A stretch of 64,000 nucleotides of DNA from Candidatus Peregrinibacteria bacterium CG10_big_fil_rev_8_21_14_0_10_49_16 (GCA_002772605.1 PFDS01000040.1:14862-78861); one strand, 5' to 3'; counted from the first letter of the stretch, positions 29,376 to 39,387 are shown. Translations and numbers: made by a program. The notes: a model not told the origin generated them from the sequence alone.

Positions 29376-30074
29376 ATGGCCTATCCACGCGTCCCCTACC
29401 GGGTTGAATACACGAAAAATAAGTACTCCCGGGCTATTTTGCGTGAAAATACGATTATTATCCGTCTGGCGAAAAACCTGAGCGCTGAGGAGCACAGGGA
29501 ACACGTTCAGAGCTTACTGGAACGGATGATGGAACAGGTCCGCAAGGAACACCATAAGAAACTCATTCACCCATTCCGTCATATACTGCAAGGTGGCCAA
29601 AGTCAGACAGTCAGGCTAGCAACTGGCAAGACCTTCACATTTACTCTTATACCAGGAACAACTACGAAAGCCAGACGCAAACCAAACGGATGGCATATTA
29701 CCGTGAGCCCACACATTCGAAGAAAGACGTTACACCGCCTCCTCTGGTCACTCATTGCGAAAGAGGAGTTGCCACGCATTGCGCAACTCGTGGCACGCAT
29801 CAACGACGAACGTACGAAAGTACACGTAAAAAATGTCCGCGTAGCCTTTGCCCAATCACAGTGGGGCAGTTGTTCCCCACGCGGCACTATCATGCTCAAC
29901 GCCGCTCTTCTCTTCGCACCGCCATCACTGCTGTGTTACGTCATTGTGCATGAACTTGTACACCGAAGAGTATCGAACCATTCACAGAAATACTGGAATC
30001 TTGTAGAAGAAGCTCTTCCCAACTACAAAAGAGCAATCAAAAAAATGCAACAGTATCGGTTACCAACACTATGA
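29376..30074 (+). CDS. YgjP/DUF45 family zinc-dependent hydrolase
   Basis: WGSCS and YVIVHELVH..NHS motifs. Confidence 0.88.
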   Translation: MAYPRVPYRVEYTKNKYSRAILRENTIIIRLAKNLSAEEHREHVQSLLERMMEQVRKEHHKKLIHPFRHILQGGQSQTVRLATGKTFTFTLIPGTTTKARRKPNGWHITVSPHIRRKTLHRLLWSLIAKEELPRIAQLVARINDERTKVHVKNVRVAFAQSQWGSCSPRGTIMLNAALLFAPPSLLCYVIVHELVHRRVSNHSQKYWNLVEEALPNYKRAIKKMQQYRLPTL

Positions 30075-30078
30075 ACTC

Positions 30079-30732
30079 TTACGGTACCCGTGTACTGCGT
30101 AAAATTGCACGCACACGCGCTCTGGCAGCTCGATCTTGCTCTGCACGACGAGGACGGTTGCGCGTATATCCCTCTTCTACCATTCTCGTGCACAAGTTAT
30201 AAAACCCAGAGAGAAACTTCTCCATACCTTCCGGACATATTTCACGTCGAAGGTACTGACGAAGCAGTGTGCGACCATCAGCATCTAAATCACTGTACTC
30301 CAACGAAGATTCTGGAGCAGCAGCATGCACAGGTTCATCTTCACTACCTTCCGATGCCGTCACAGCTGTATCACTCTGTGAAAAGTCTTTCGCAAGAAAT
30401 GCACGAATAGCATCAAAGTCATTGATATCCGGACAAACGATATCCTTATGGCCTGCTGCATGAAGGTCACGACACTTTTCACGAGCATCCGCGTAGTCTC
30501 GCCGACGCTGGATACGTGTCGTCGTATGAAACTGAAGAACATTATATTGAAAAGTTTGGTTGTCAAAATTCTCAAACCACATGCCATCATCATCGGATGA
30601 TCGAAATTGCGCACCAAATCCCGCACCCATGCCTCCAAACAAACCGACAAGAATGGAAAACGCAAATGTAACGGCAGCCATTGCAATGAGCATATGCCGT
30701 AAAGAATGTTTTATATATTTTTGTGACATCAC
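30079..30732 (-). CDS. hypothetical exported/membrane-anchored protein
   Basis: N-terminal hydrophobic segment; 217-aa ORF. Confidence 0.6.
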   Translation of the reverse strand: MMSQKYIKHSLRHMLIAMAAVTFAFSILVGLFGGMGAGFGAQFRSSDDDGMWFENFDNQTFQYNVLQFHTTTRIQRRRDYADAREKCRDLHAAGHKDIVCPDINDFDAIRAFLAKDFSQSDTAVTASEGSEDEPVHAAAPESSLEYSDLDADGRTLLRQYLRREICPEGMEKFLSGFYNLCTRMVEEGYTRNRPRRAEQDRAARARVRAILRSTRVP

Positions 30733-30755
30733 TTCATTATACCAAAATTGGCTAT

Positions 30756-31712
30756 CTACCGCAATCCTACGGCTTTCTGCACTCGCTCCATCGTCTTTTC
30801 CGCAATGGTTTTTGCTCTTGCAGCCCCGTCAGCCATAATCGCCGCGATGTCACTGTCTTTTAGGTCTTCCCGATTTTTCCTCATAGGGCCAAAATAATCC
30901 ATAAATGTCCCTAGGAGGCGTTTTTTGGCATCACCGTAACTCAGCCCCTCCCGATACTCATCGGCAAGCCTCACGGCCTCTTTTTCATCCAGAAGAAGCT
31001 TGTGGATTTGGTAGATGATACACGAATCCGGGTCTTTTGGGTCAGTAGCACCTTTGGAATCTGTCACAATCCCCATGATTGCCTTTGTCACCACTTTCTC
31101 ATCACTAAAGAGCGGAATTGTATTGTTATAACTCTTGCTCATTTTTTGCCCATCCGTACCGGGAATAACAGCGACGTCACCCTGAATCTGCACCTCCGGA
31201 AGCGTAAGTATGCCCTCGCCATAACGGTGGTTAAACTTCTGTGCAATGTCCCGCGCCATTTCCACATGCTGCTTTTGGTCTTTTCCTACAGGAACGATGT
31301 CCGCGTCATAGAGAAGAATGTCAGCCGCCTGCAGCACAGGATAGGTAAAGAGCCCTGCGCTCGCTTCGATCCCCTTCTGCACTTTATCTTTATAGCTCAC
31401 TGCACGTTCTAGAAATCCCACAGGGGTCACGCAATTCAAAACCCAGGCAAGTTCGGCATGGGCAGACACGTACGACTGAAAAAAGAGAATGCCTTTATCG
31501 GGATCGAAACCGCACGCAAGTAAGTCTTTTGTGAGATCCTGTCGAAATGAACGTAACTGTTCAGGATCATGCACCGTCGTCAGTGCATGGAGGTCAACAA
31601 CAATGTAGATATTCTCGTCTTCTCCAAGAAGATCGATATTCGGCTTTATGGAACCAAAATAGTTTCCCACATGTGCAGCACCCGATGGTTGTATCCCAGA
31701 TAAAACCCGCAT
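30756..31712 (-). CDS. trpS: tryptophan--tRNA ligase
   Basis: SGIQPSG, HVGN, VPVGKDQ and KMSKS motifs. Confidence 0.97.
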   Translation of the reverse strand: MRVLSGIQPSGAAHVGNYFGSIKPNIDLLGEDENIYIVVDLHALTTVHDPEQLRSFRQDLTKDLLACGFDPDKGILFFQSYVSAHAELAWVLNCVTPVGFLERAVSYKDKVQKGIEASAGLFTYPVLQAADILLYDADIVPVGKDQKQHVEMARDIAQKFNHRYGEGILTLPEVQIQGDVAVIPGTDGQKMSKSYNNTIPLFSDEKVVTKAIMGIVTDSKGATDPKDPDSCIIYQIHKLLLDEKEAVRLADEYREGLSYGDAKKRLLGTFMDYFGPMRKNREDLKDSDIAAIMADGAARAKTIAEKTMERVQKAVGLR

Positions 31713-31727
31713 GCAGCAATTGTATCG

Positions 31728-32499
31728 TTACTTCACCGAACTCCCAATCTTTTCTAATGCTTTCAGCGACTCAATCGGTATCATCCAGACCGTTGTATTA
31801 CTCTGATCAGAGCTAAGGTCATTGATGCTCTGCAATGTACGTAGATGCAATGCTCCCGGCTGCTGCGAGAGCGTCTGCGCTGCTTTAGCCATATTTTCGG
31901 CAGCAAGAACTTCTCCCTGTGAGTTAATGATCACAGCCTGCTTCTCGCGCTCTGCCTCAGCAACTTTCGCAATCGTACGCTTCAGGCTTTCAGGGAGAAT
32001 AATGTCTTTTAGCTCTACTGTCTTCACATCAATCCCCCATGCATCCGACGCACTATCAACACGTTTCTTTATCCTGTCGGCAATCTCCTGCTTATTTGCC
32101 AGAAGTTCATCCAACGTCACTTCGCCAACAGCGTTACGCATGGTTGTTTGTGCCAACTGCGAAACAGCGTAGTAGAAATTCTCCACTTCTAAGATGGCTC
32201 TTGACGCGTCGAGAACGCGAAAATACAGAACAGCATTGATACGAATCGGAATGTTATCCTTTGTAATCGCTTCCTGGTCGGGCACATCCACTGCTTTGAC
32301 ACGAATATCTACTTTGATCAGACGCTGAAAAACGGGAATGAGAACCTTCCATCCCGGACCCCACACACGAGAAAACTTTCCCATCGTCAGCACAACCCCC
32401 CCGCTCATACTGATTGACCTGACGAATCATGGAAATCAGCAACACAACGATTGCCGCGAGAACAAAGAAACTGAAGGAAAGTTGAAGAGAAGTATCCAT
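31728..32499 (-). pseudogene. SPFH/stomatin (slipin) family gene split by a 1-nt frameshift in a G7 run
   Basis: TM helix + VNQYERG in one frame (start 32499) and VVLTMGK...QTTMR...AEAERE in another; switch at C7, 32396-32402. Confidence 0.8.
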
Positions 32500-32518
32500 A
32501 GGAATGGAGTGTGCACTG

Positions 32519-33172
32519 TTATGACGTTGCATGCAATCGTTGTATTGCACGATCAAATGCCGGAGGGAGCGGAGCCTCAACATGAACAACCTGACTCTGT
32601 ACGGGATGTGGAAAAGCCAGCGATACCGCATGCAAAAAGAGTTTTCTACATCCATATGCACGCGCAAACAGTCGGTTGAATTTTACATGACCATATTCAT
32701 CATCAAGAACAAGAGGATGGCCAATCTCTGCAAAATGCCGACGAATTTGGTGATGACGTCCTGTTTCAATGTCACACTCCACGAGTGATACATCTCGAAA
32801 CGATTCAACAATATGGTACCTAGTTATTGCTTCCACTATTCCCTTCCCGCGAGCAGGAAGTTTGATCCGAATTACACCCTGCCGTTTTGGTCGGCCTACA
32901 ACAAGAGCAAGGTATTTCTTCTTCCATCCTGCAAAGTCGCTCTTCAAAACAGCTTCCAGCACTTTCTTCGATCGTGCAAACACAATGCATCCTGATGTTT
33001 GATAATCAAGCCGATGAATCGCCCGCAAGCCCGGATAGTCTTTTTTGAGAAAATCGAGTAATGGCAACTTCTCCACTTTTCCTTTACCACGCACTACAAG
33101 TTCTCCACTCAACTTATTCACCACAAGAAGGTGTTCGTCACAAAAGAGAATACGGCGGGGATCGATGGGCAC
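32519..33172 (-). CDS. RluA family pseudouridine synthase
   Basis: VNKLSG, HRLDYQTSG, TGRHHQIRRH and LHA motifs. Confidence 0.93.
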   Translation of the reverse strand: MPIDPRRILFCDEHLLVVNKLSGELVVRGKGKVEKLPLLDFLKKDYPGLRAIHRLDYQTSGCIVFARSKKVLEAVLKSDFAGWKKKYLALVVGRPKRQGVIRIKLPARGKGIVEAITRYHIVESFRDVSLVECDIETGRHHQIRRHFAEIGHPLVLDDEYGHVKFNRLFARAYGCRKLFLHAVSLAFPHPVQSQVVHVEAPLPPAFDRAIQRLHATS

Positions 33173-33579
33173 TATGCACAGTGTACAAGTTCTTTCTCTT
33201 CAAAAAATCGTTTCATTTCCTGCTCGGCACTCTCGAAAGAATCTGATCCGTGAATAACGTTAAAGCTCAAGCTTCGTGCAAATCGACCTCTGATGGTATC
33301 CGGTTCATCAAGGCTGCCGATACGACGTCGGATGGCTGCGATAACATCCTCACCTTCAAACACCAAAGCAAGGCACGGACCGGAAAGCATGTATGTTTCA
33401 AACTCATCGTAAAAAGGCTTTCCAACAATATGCGCATAATGTTCGTGCATAAGTTCACGCGTCATCTGAATATACTTTGCCGCACAGATACGTCCTTCTT
33501 TTTCCAGATCAGCAATAATCTCGCCGCAAATACGACGTTGAATGGCATCCGGCCGAAGGAGGACCAGAGTTTGTTGCAT
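33172..33579 (-). CDS. ndk: nucleoside-diphosphate kinase
   Basis: RPDAIQR, TIRG and NVIHGSD motifs. Confidence 0.93.
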   Translation of the reverse strand: MQQTLVLLRPDAIQRRICGEIIADLEKEGRICAAKYIQMTRELMHEHYAHIVGKPFYDEFETYMLSGPCLALVFEGEDVIAAIRRRIGSLDEPDTIRGRFARSLSFNVIHGSDSFESAEQEMKRFFEEKELVHCA

Positions 33580-33621
33580 ATGAAAAATTTATACTAATTT
33601 TAAAAAATGTCAATACGCTTA

Positions 33622-34335
33622 CTAAGCGGCGACATCCTCTAGTGAATGTTGATCTCTCCCTTTTGGATTATACACAGTAACTGTGCCTGGAGCATATTGA
33701 CCGCTCATGGCATCAGAAAGTGCATGAAACATAGTCTGGTTCATCCATAGCGTCTTATCTTTCCTATCTTGGGGACAGCGGACCACAATGAGCTGCATCA
33801 TTTCTGGTGACACTCTCTTATGAACAGCAAGTTCCGCGTTCGTGATGAAAGAAAAATCCTGCTCTACTCTTCGCACATCATCCGCAGTTGTGAGGGCAAT
33901 CACCATCGTTGAGTCCGCATCTGTCGTACCTTGTACATGTGCATAGTTGTAGAAAGTCGCATTAAAAAAGCGATCAACATCGTTCGTACCGGACGGATCA
34001 CCAAAAAAAGCCATACCAGATGTCCAGTAACTCGCTGCTCCTTCCGGAGTAACAGGATCGACTCCCTTTTCGTAGACCAAAGGTAATGCAGACGCTCTTT
34101 TCACTCCGTGAAACAGAAACTGCCCTCGCCTTGCCCGTTCTACAAATTCAACAACAGTCTGTGGCTCCACGCCGATAGTATCTGCAACTGTTCTACAAAA
34201 CTTTTCCACATGCGCATGCTGCAGTAACCGCTTCGCTGCTTCACGTATGCTATTAGCATCTTTTCCAAAAGACTCTGAGGAATGATCTGAGCTACTAGGT
34301 GTGTGTTTTTCGAAGGAAAACTCTGGAGACGTCAT
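33622..34335 (-). CDS. hypothetical protein
   Basis: 237-aa ORF with an AT-rich sigma70-like promoter upstream; LFHG motif. Confidence 0.65.
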   Translation of the reverse strand: MTSPEFSFEKHTPSSSDHSSESFGKDANSIREAAKRLLQHAHVEKFCRTVADTIGVEPQTVVEFVERARRGQFLFHGVKRASALPLVYEKGVDPVTPEGAASYWTSGMAFFGDPSGTNDVDRFFNATFYNYAHVQGTTDADSTMVIALTTADDVRRVEQDFSFITNAELAVHKRVSPEMMQLIVVRCPQDRKDKTLWMNQTMFHALSDAMSGQYAPGTVTVYNPKGRDQHSLEDVAA

Positions 34336-34384
34336 TATGTTAAATATAGTATAAATTTAATAAAAAGTCAATATTAGACATGAA

Positions 34385-34498
34385 TGGTGGACAGCACAGG
34401 ATTCGAATGCTGAAGGCATCCCTTGGGGACCTGTGACCTTTCGGATGTGAACCGAACGCTCTAATCCCGTAAGGGACCCCTTCGGGGCCAGCTGAGCT
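34385..34498 (-). pseudogene. degenerate tRNA-Val copy with two hairpin insertions and no 5' acceptor strand
   Basis: Matches the tRNA at 34762-34838 except for inserts at 34408-34429 and 34465-34487, one substitution and the missing 5' end. Confidence 0.85.
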
Positions 34499-34754
34499 TA
34501 TTCCAAAGTAAAAAACGAGTGATGACTAACTTTTCGAGATAGCCAGAAGGCTTTTTGAGGTACCATTCCCTTTTCCTTGCTTCGGAATTGGTCACATATT
34601 CTTCAAAATATGCCAAAAGCAAAGGTCTCCTCCATTTTGTAGAACGAACAGTTCCCGCAAGATGTCTGCACAAACGCTCATGAACATCCAGAGATGTACA
34701 ACCAATGTACCAACCTTGATCTTTCTCACTAAAAAGAAAATACACGTATGCCAT
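34461..34754 (-). CDS. GIY-YIG nuclease family protein
   Basis: YVYFL..WYIGCT..ERL.RH..T..RRP..L.YFE...EA.KRE..LK. Confidence 0.9.
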   Translation of the reverse strand: MAYVYFLFSEKDQGWYIGCTSLDVHERLCRHLAGTVRSTKWRRPLLLAYFEEYVTNSEARKREWYLKKPSGYLEKLVITRFLLWNKLSWPRRGPLRD

Positions 34755-34761
34755 AAGAGAA

Positions 34762-34838
34762 TGGTGGACAGCACAGGATTCGAACCTGTGACCTTTCGGA
34801 TGTGAACCGAACGCTCTAACCAACTGAGCTAGCTGTCC
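34762..34838 (-). tRNA. tRNA-Val (CAC)
   Basis: GGACAGCTAGCTCAGTTGG...TTCGG-TTCACAT-CCGAA...GGTTCGAATCC...GTCCACCA. Confidence 0.97.
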
Positions 34839-34930
34839 AAAACCGGACTCATCATTGCAAAAATATAGGCAATAGAAAAGCCGCAATACATCCTGTACTA
34901 CGGCTGATCCTTCACGTCACCTCCTCCATG

Positions 34931-36295
34931 TCAGAAACTCGGCAGGAACCAGAGGCAGATCATGGCGATGAGCGTTGGCGGCAATGCTGCCAGCAGCAAC
35001 CATAACGAACTGATTTCACCGCTCCCGTTCTCCTTGAACGTGGAGTTCAAAATGGAATAGCCCGCCGGGTTTGGGGCATTGGCAATGACGGTCAGGCCAC
35101 CACCAGCTACTGCACCAGCCACTAACGCAAATTTCATCGCCTCGGACAAGTTCGGCACCTGCGACCCAAGGAAGGTCAATGCCGCATTGTCCGTTACGGC
35201 CGTCAGCCCGGTCGTCCCGAGAAACAAGGCTTCAGGACCCATGCTGCCAAGAAGCGGCTCCAGCCACCATCGCTGCAGTCCTCCCAACGTGACCAGCCCT
35301 GCAAGGAAGCCGCCCACGAGGAGACCGCCCTTCAACTTCAGGTCTTCCTGATACTCCTTCGTGACGAAACAGAAGGCCAGGAAGAAGACGAAGATTCCCA
35401 TGAAGATGTCGGGATGATGAGCATGCAGCACCACCAGTGCGAGAGTCGCAATGTGGACACAGGTCACCCACCACGGGGTATTCGGCAGTTTGGCCTCGCC
35501 TTCCCGTCCATGAATGTCGCTATCGCTCAGAAGCGGCAACTTCTTGAGTTCATGGTAGAAGAGCCAAACAAGAAGCGCTGCACTCAACAAAACGGCAGTC
35601 GCTGCCTTGTACCCAAAGTGCGTGAACATATAGGCCATGCCCCAGTTCCATGTTCCCGCAACCATCAGCACCGGCGGCGCCGCGAAGTGCGATAGCGTAC
35701 CCCCAATCGAGACAGACACGAACAGTGTTCCAATCAGCATGTACTTGAACTTCATGCTGATCCCCCGGTCGAAGAACTGCCGCTTCAGTACGAGCGCGGT
35801 CACCGTCATGGCAGCCGGTTCGGTCACCAGGGACCCTAGGAGCGGACCCACCACCATAGCCGACAGGAGAAACCCTGCAGAACCATGGAGAGGGATGAGA
35901 CGTGATACGAGCCGAATCAGCTTGTCGACCATGTCAACCACCGGCTTGGTCGCGGCGATCACCATGATGACGAAGACGAACTTCGGCTCCGTGTAATTCA
36001 ACGACTCAATGTAGTGGACTGCCTCATGCCATCCGTGATGAGCAGACTCCCATGCCGCAGCCAATGACCACCCGTGCTCGAAGTGATGGCTACTTCCCAG
36101 ATAGAAGATCATCACCCCGAAGAGGGCGCCGGCCCACATGAGGAAGACCGCTTCAGTCTCCCCCAACAAGTGGAAGAGATTTTCAAACTTGCTGCCCTCG
36201 GGAAATTTCTCCCCGAGTTTGTGAAACAATTTCGCACAGAACGTGTGCAAAATTGCCAATCCAAAGAGGATTGTCGCCACATGTTCGATTCGCAT
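34931..36295 (-). CDS. putative Na+/H+ antiporter (DUF1504 family)
   Basis: HLLGETE, TEPAAMT, HFAAPPVLMVA, TDNAA and GGLTVIANAPNPAG motifs; SD GGAGG. Confidence 0.85.
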   Translation of the reverse strand: MRIEHVATILFGLAILHTFCAKLFHKLGEKFPEGSKFENLFHLLGETEAVFLMWAGALFGVMIFYLGSSHHFEHGWSLAAAWESAHHGWHEAVHYIESLNYTEPKFVFVIMVIAATKPVVDMVDKLIRLVSRLIPLHGSAGFLLSAMVVGPLLGSLVTEPAAMTVTALVLKRQFFDRGISMKFKYMLIGTLFVSVSIGGTLSHFAAPPVLMVAGTWNWGMAYMFTHFGYKAATAVLLSAALLVWLFYHELKKLPLLSDSDIHGREGEAKLPNTPWWVTCVHIATLALVVLHAHHPDIFMGIFVFFLAFCFVTKEYQEDLKLKGGLLVGGFLAGLVTLGGLQRWWLEPLLGSMGPEALFLGTTGLTAVTDNAALTFLGSQVPNLSEAMKFALVAGAVAGGGLTVIANAPNPAGYSILNSTFKENGSGEISSLWLLLAALPPTLIAMICLWFLPSF

Positions 36296-36397
36296 GTTTC
36301 CTCCATTCTTCTCTAAACATACATGTGAAGGACCGTTAAATCCCCCCAAGGCAAGCCCTGGAAAGGCTCGCCTTTATAGCAGAAATCTGCGAGAAAA

Positions 36398-36991
36398 TCA
36401 AGGGTTCGGACCTACAAACTCCCGATCCAGAGCGAGACGCGATTCTTCGGGTAAGAGCTGCCCCTGATACTTGCTTCCCGGCTTCTTGTTATAGGGCATT
36501 TCGGCAGCACTGGTCATCTGTTCAAATGCAATCTGGCAAATACGCATACCGGGGTACAGATACACAGGCATGCGATTTAAATTGCTAATTTCCAACGTAA
36601 TTGTCCCGGAAAACCCCGGATCCACAAATCCGGCAGTTGAGTGAATGATGATACCCAAACGCCCCAGTGAACTCCTGCCCTCCACACGGGCCACCAGATC
36701 ATCCGGAAGCGTAATGACTTCGCTTGTGGCTCCCAAGATAAACTCCCCAGGCTGCACAATGAACGGTTCCCCTTCCTCAACAGAAACAGTTCGCATATTC
36801 CCGGTAAATGTCTCCGGTTTTTTGGGGTCAAGAACTGCAAAACGGCTATGTTCATAGAGCTTGAATATGCTCCCAAGATGCAGATCCATGGAACTCGCAT
36901 GAATGTACCACTGTTCCTGGGGCTGACTGCTCTCAATGCAGACACGACCGTCACGAATGGCCCGACGAATATCCTGATCAGAGAGGATCAT
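36398..36991 (-). CDS. dcd: dCTP deaminase
   Basis: MILSD, GRSSLGRLG, DPGFSG and RICQ motifs. Confidence 0.95.
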   Translation of the reverse strand: MILSDQDIRRAIRDGRVCIESSQPQEQWYIHASSMDLHLGSIFKLYEHSRFAVLDPKKPETFTGNMRTVSVEEGEPFIVQPGEFILGATSEVITLPDDLVARVEGRSSLGRLGIIIHSTAGFVDPGFSGTITLEISNLNRMPVYLYPGMRICQIAFEQMTSAAEMPYNKKPGSKYQGQLLPEESRLALDREFVGPNP

Positions 36992-37056
36992 GGCAGACAG
37001 CCTAGCATGAGAAATATCTTGCTTCCACTGAAAGAAATCTGCACCATGATGCATCC

Positions 37057-38079
37057 ATGCCTACAACGAATGCTCCAACATCCATGAAGCAAAAACTTCT
37101 ACCTCAGGAAAAAGAGGATGATGCATGTGATCTCGAGACAGAGAAACAAGAACTCATTGATGATTTTTGCGCATACATGCGTCTGACATATAACGAGCTC
37201 CACCTCGCGTCCGCACAGCAAACAGAGGCATTACGTATGCCACTACTGAGTATGGAACTGAAGAAAGAGGTCATTGACCAGTGGAAACGGTTTCAAAAAC
37301 TCCTGGAAACACGACTGGTTCCCACCGCACTCGCTCTGCATTCGCGCATCGAAACCGTACTGGCACATCCGGCACTGAGTACGACGGAGCGGAAAATTCA
37401 TGCGGAGTTCTTACGCAGTAAGGATACTTCTTTTCAGGAGAAAGAGCAGTACGTGGCAACACTCGAACAACAGTTACTGCACACCACTCAGAACAAGGAA
37501 GAAGAGAAAACAGAGAAAAAAGAACACAAAAACAAGCAAAAGGAAGACAAACAGAACTCCACACAAGCAGACACGCCTGCTACAGAAGAAGATGAACACA
37601 AAATCGGAGAAGAAAAACACCTAGTAACGTCTGCACAACGGGGTGAAGAAAGAGCACAAAAAACCCATACACCCTCCCTTCGTTTACAAGATGCCCTCTG
37701 TCAACTCCCTTCTTCACTGCGACATTTCTACAAACAGGGAGTGACCAATGGACAATTTAGAAAAATAGAAAAACTCATGAAACGCCGTACTGATGCGCAC
37801 CATCAGGGGAAACTGAGCTCTGAACAAGAACTCCATGAGTTCAAAAGAAGAAAAACGACGACGACAAACATAATCTTCACTGATCGTGATACCATTGCAC
37901 ATGCATCCTTAGACACGGTGAACGCACTTGCAGAGCGCACGGAAACAGAAGATGCGGTCTTCATACCACAGGGGATTGCCTACCAGACACACGCGACCAT
38001 TGTGACGCATGTGCACACATCTATCGCACAGGCTATTGATGAACAGGAAAAGGCATCACACAATACAATGGTAATTTGA
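37057..38079 (+). CDS. hypothetical protein
   Basis: 340-aa ORF with a K/E-rich central linker. Confidence 0.6.
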   Translation: MPTTNAPTSMKQKLLPQEKEDDACDLETEKQELIDDFCAYMRLTYNELHLASAQQTEALRMPLLSMELKKEVIDQWKRFQKLLETRLVPTALALHSRIETVLAHPALSTTERKIHAEFLRSKDTSFQEKEQYVATLEQQLLHTTQNKEEEKTEKKEHKNKQKEDKQNSTQADTPATEEDEHKIGEEKHLVTSAQRGEERAQKTHTPSLRLQDALCQLPSSLRHFYKQGVTNGQFRKIEKLMKRRTDAHHQGKLSSEQELHEFKRRKTTTTNIIFTDRDTIAHASLDTVNALAERTETEDAVFIPQGIAYQTHATIVTHVHTSIAQAIDEQEKASHNTMVI

Positions 38080-38113
38080 CAAATACAGGAAAGATTCGCC
38101 ATACTATACCTCC

Positions 38114-38713
38114 ATGGCAGCCAAAAACATTCCCACATACATAACGGCGATAGTCTCAGCAGGGATACTCACCGCCTGTACAACCGCGTCATCCAACTCC
38201 ACATCTGCTATCGATCTTCACAATCCTCTGGTCGCGAAGAGGTACTACGATGAACTCGTGGAAAACATGGTACTTTTGACTCTCAACAAGGATCCTCTAC
38301 TGGAAGATTCTGCAGCAAACCGTCTCATTGAAAGAACACGACGTGAGGGACTAGAACAAGCGCGCACAGCAAGTATGCTGCAACTTGAAGGCAAAGCCGC
38401 CACGCTGTTGCCTATGGAAGTGTTTTTGCAAGGCAGAACTCTCTTAACAAAAACACACCTCTTCTTTTCGCCGGACACGGAAATCACTCCCGGTATCGAC
38501 CTGCACGTATTGCTCACGACAGTCGTTGATCCGCGCGATGCAGACTTTCCCGATGCAACTGCAATGGACCTCGGACTTTTACAGAATCCGTACGGAGCCC
38601 AAACATACGAACTTGCAGAACCTATCGAAGATCTTGATCTGATTCGATCAGTCGTTATCTGGGACACTGCCCTGAGTCGCCTCCACGGCTTTGGACAGTT
38701 GCATCTACCGTAA
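38114..38713 (+). CDS. lipoprotein with DM13-like C-terminal domain
   Basis: Lipobox LTAC; PG.DLHVLL, LG.L....GAQTY, SVVIW. Confidence 0.7.
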   Translation: MAAKNIPTYITAIVSAGILTACTTASSNSTSAIDLHNPLVAKRYYDELVENMVLLTLNKDPLLEDSAANRLIERTRREGLEQARTASMLQLEGKAATLLPMEVFLQGRTLLTKTHLFFSPDTEITPGIDLHVLLTTVVDPRDADFPDATAMDLGLLQNPYGAQTYELAEPIEDLDLIRSVVIWDTALSRLHGFGQLHLP

Positions 38714-38716
38714 ATA

Positions 38717-39322
38717 TCATAGCTTCTGTTGTACCTGTGCCAGCGCTTCCTCAATGGCAGCAGAGATGGCTTCGATCGTACTCTCTACCTTCTGTCCATT
38801 GACAAAGAATGTAGGAGTACCTTTTACGTCTACTTCCTGCCCTTCCGCATGGTCCATCATCACCACATCTTTTTTGATGTGAGACTTCATACAACGTCCA
38901 AAGTGATCCATATCTAACCCAAGCTCCTCCGCCCATGCAAAGATCGTTTCACGATTCATTTCCGGCTGGCGCTCAAAGGCAATATCTACGAATTCCCAAA
39001 AATGCGACGTGTCCTGATCCGCTGCACACTCTGCTGCTTCAGCAGCCACGAGAGCATGCGGATGAATGGCACGCAGCGGGAAATGTTTAAACTCGTAGCG
39101 AATCGTATTGCCGTACTTTTCCAAAAGCGGTGCAACAACTTTTGAGTGTGCTGCACGACAAGCAGGACATTGTAAATCTCCAAATTCGTGCACAACAACA
39201 ACTGCATTCGCATTGGTATCAGGATGAGGACCTTTGCGTGATTCAGCTGAAATACCCGTCGTATCCGTACAGGCAACAAGAAGGGCAATGATCGCAAGAG
39301 GAAGAACATGTGTATACTTCAT
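38717..39322 (-). CDS. DsbA/thioredoxin-fold lipoprotein
   Basis: Lipobox LVAC; DLQCPAC, HFPL and GTPTFFVNG motifs. Confidence 0.9.
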   Translation of the reverse strand: MKYTHVLPLAIIALLVACTDTTGISAESRKGPHPDTNANAVVVVHEFGDLQCPACRAAHSKVVAPLLEKYGNTIRYEFKHFPLRAIHPHALVAAEAAECAADQDTSHFWEFVDIAFERQPEMNRETIFAWAEELGLDMDHFGRCMKSHIKKDVVMMDHAEGQEVDVKGTPTFFVNGQKVESTIEAISAAIEEALAQVQQKL

Positions 39323-39339
39323 AATCCTAACCCTATCAT

Positions 39340-39361
39340 CCTTGCCTGCCGGCAGGCAAGG
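39340..39361. repeat. perfect 22-bp palindrome CCTTGCCTGCCGGCAGGCAAGG
   Basis: Self-complementary; related to the insert at 18175-18198. Confidence 0.75.
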
Positions 39362-39387
39362 TAACAACTACTACCCGCACCCTACAC

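Noticed and set aside
34385..34498. Functional intron-containing tRNA-Val
   Set aside because: The 5' acceptor strand is missing and the inserts are not at the canonical anticodon-loop position.
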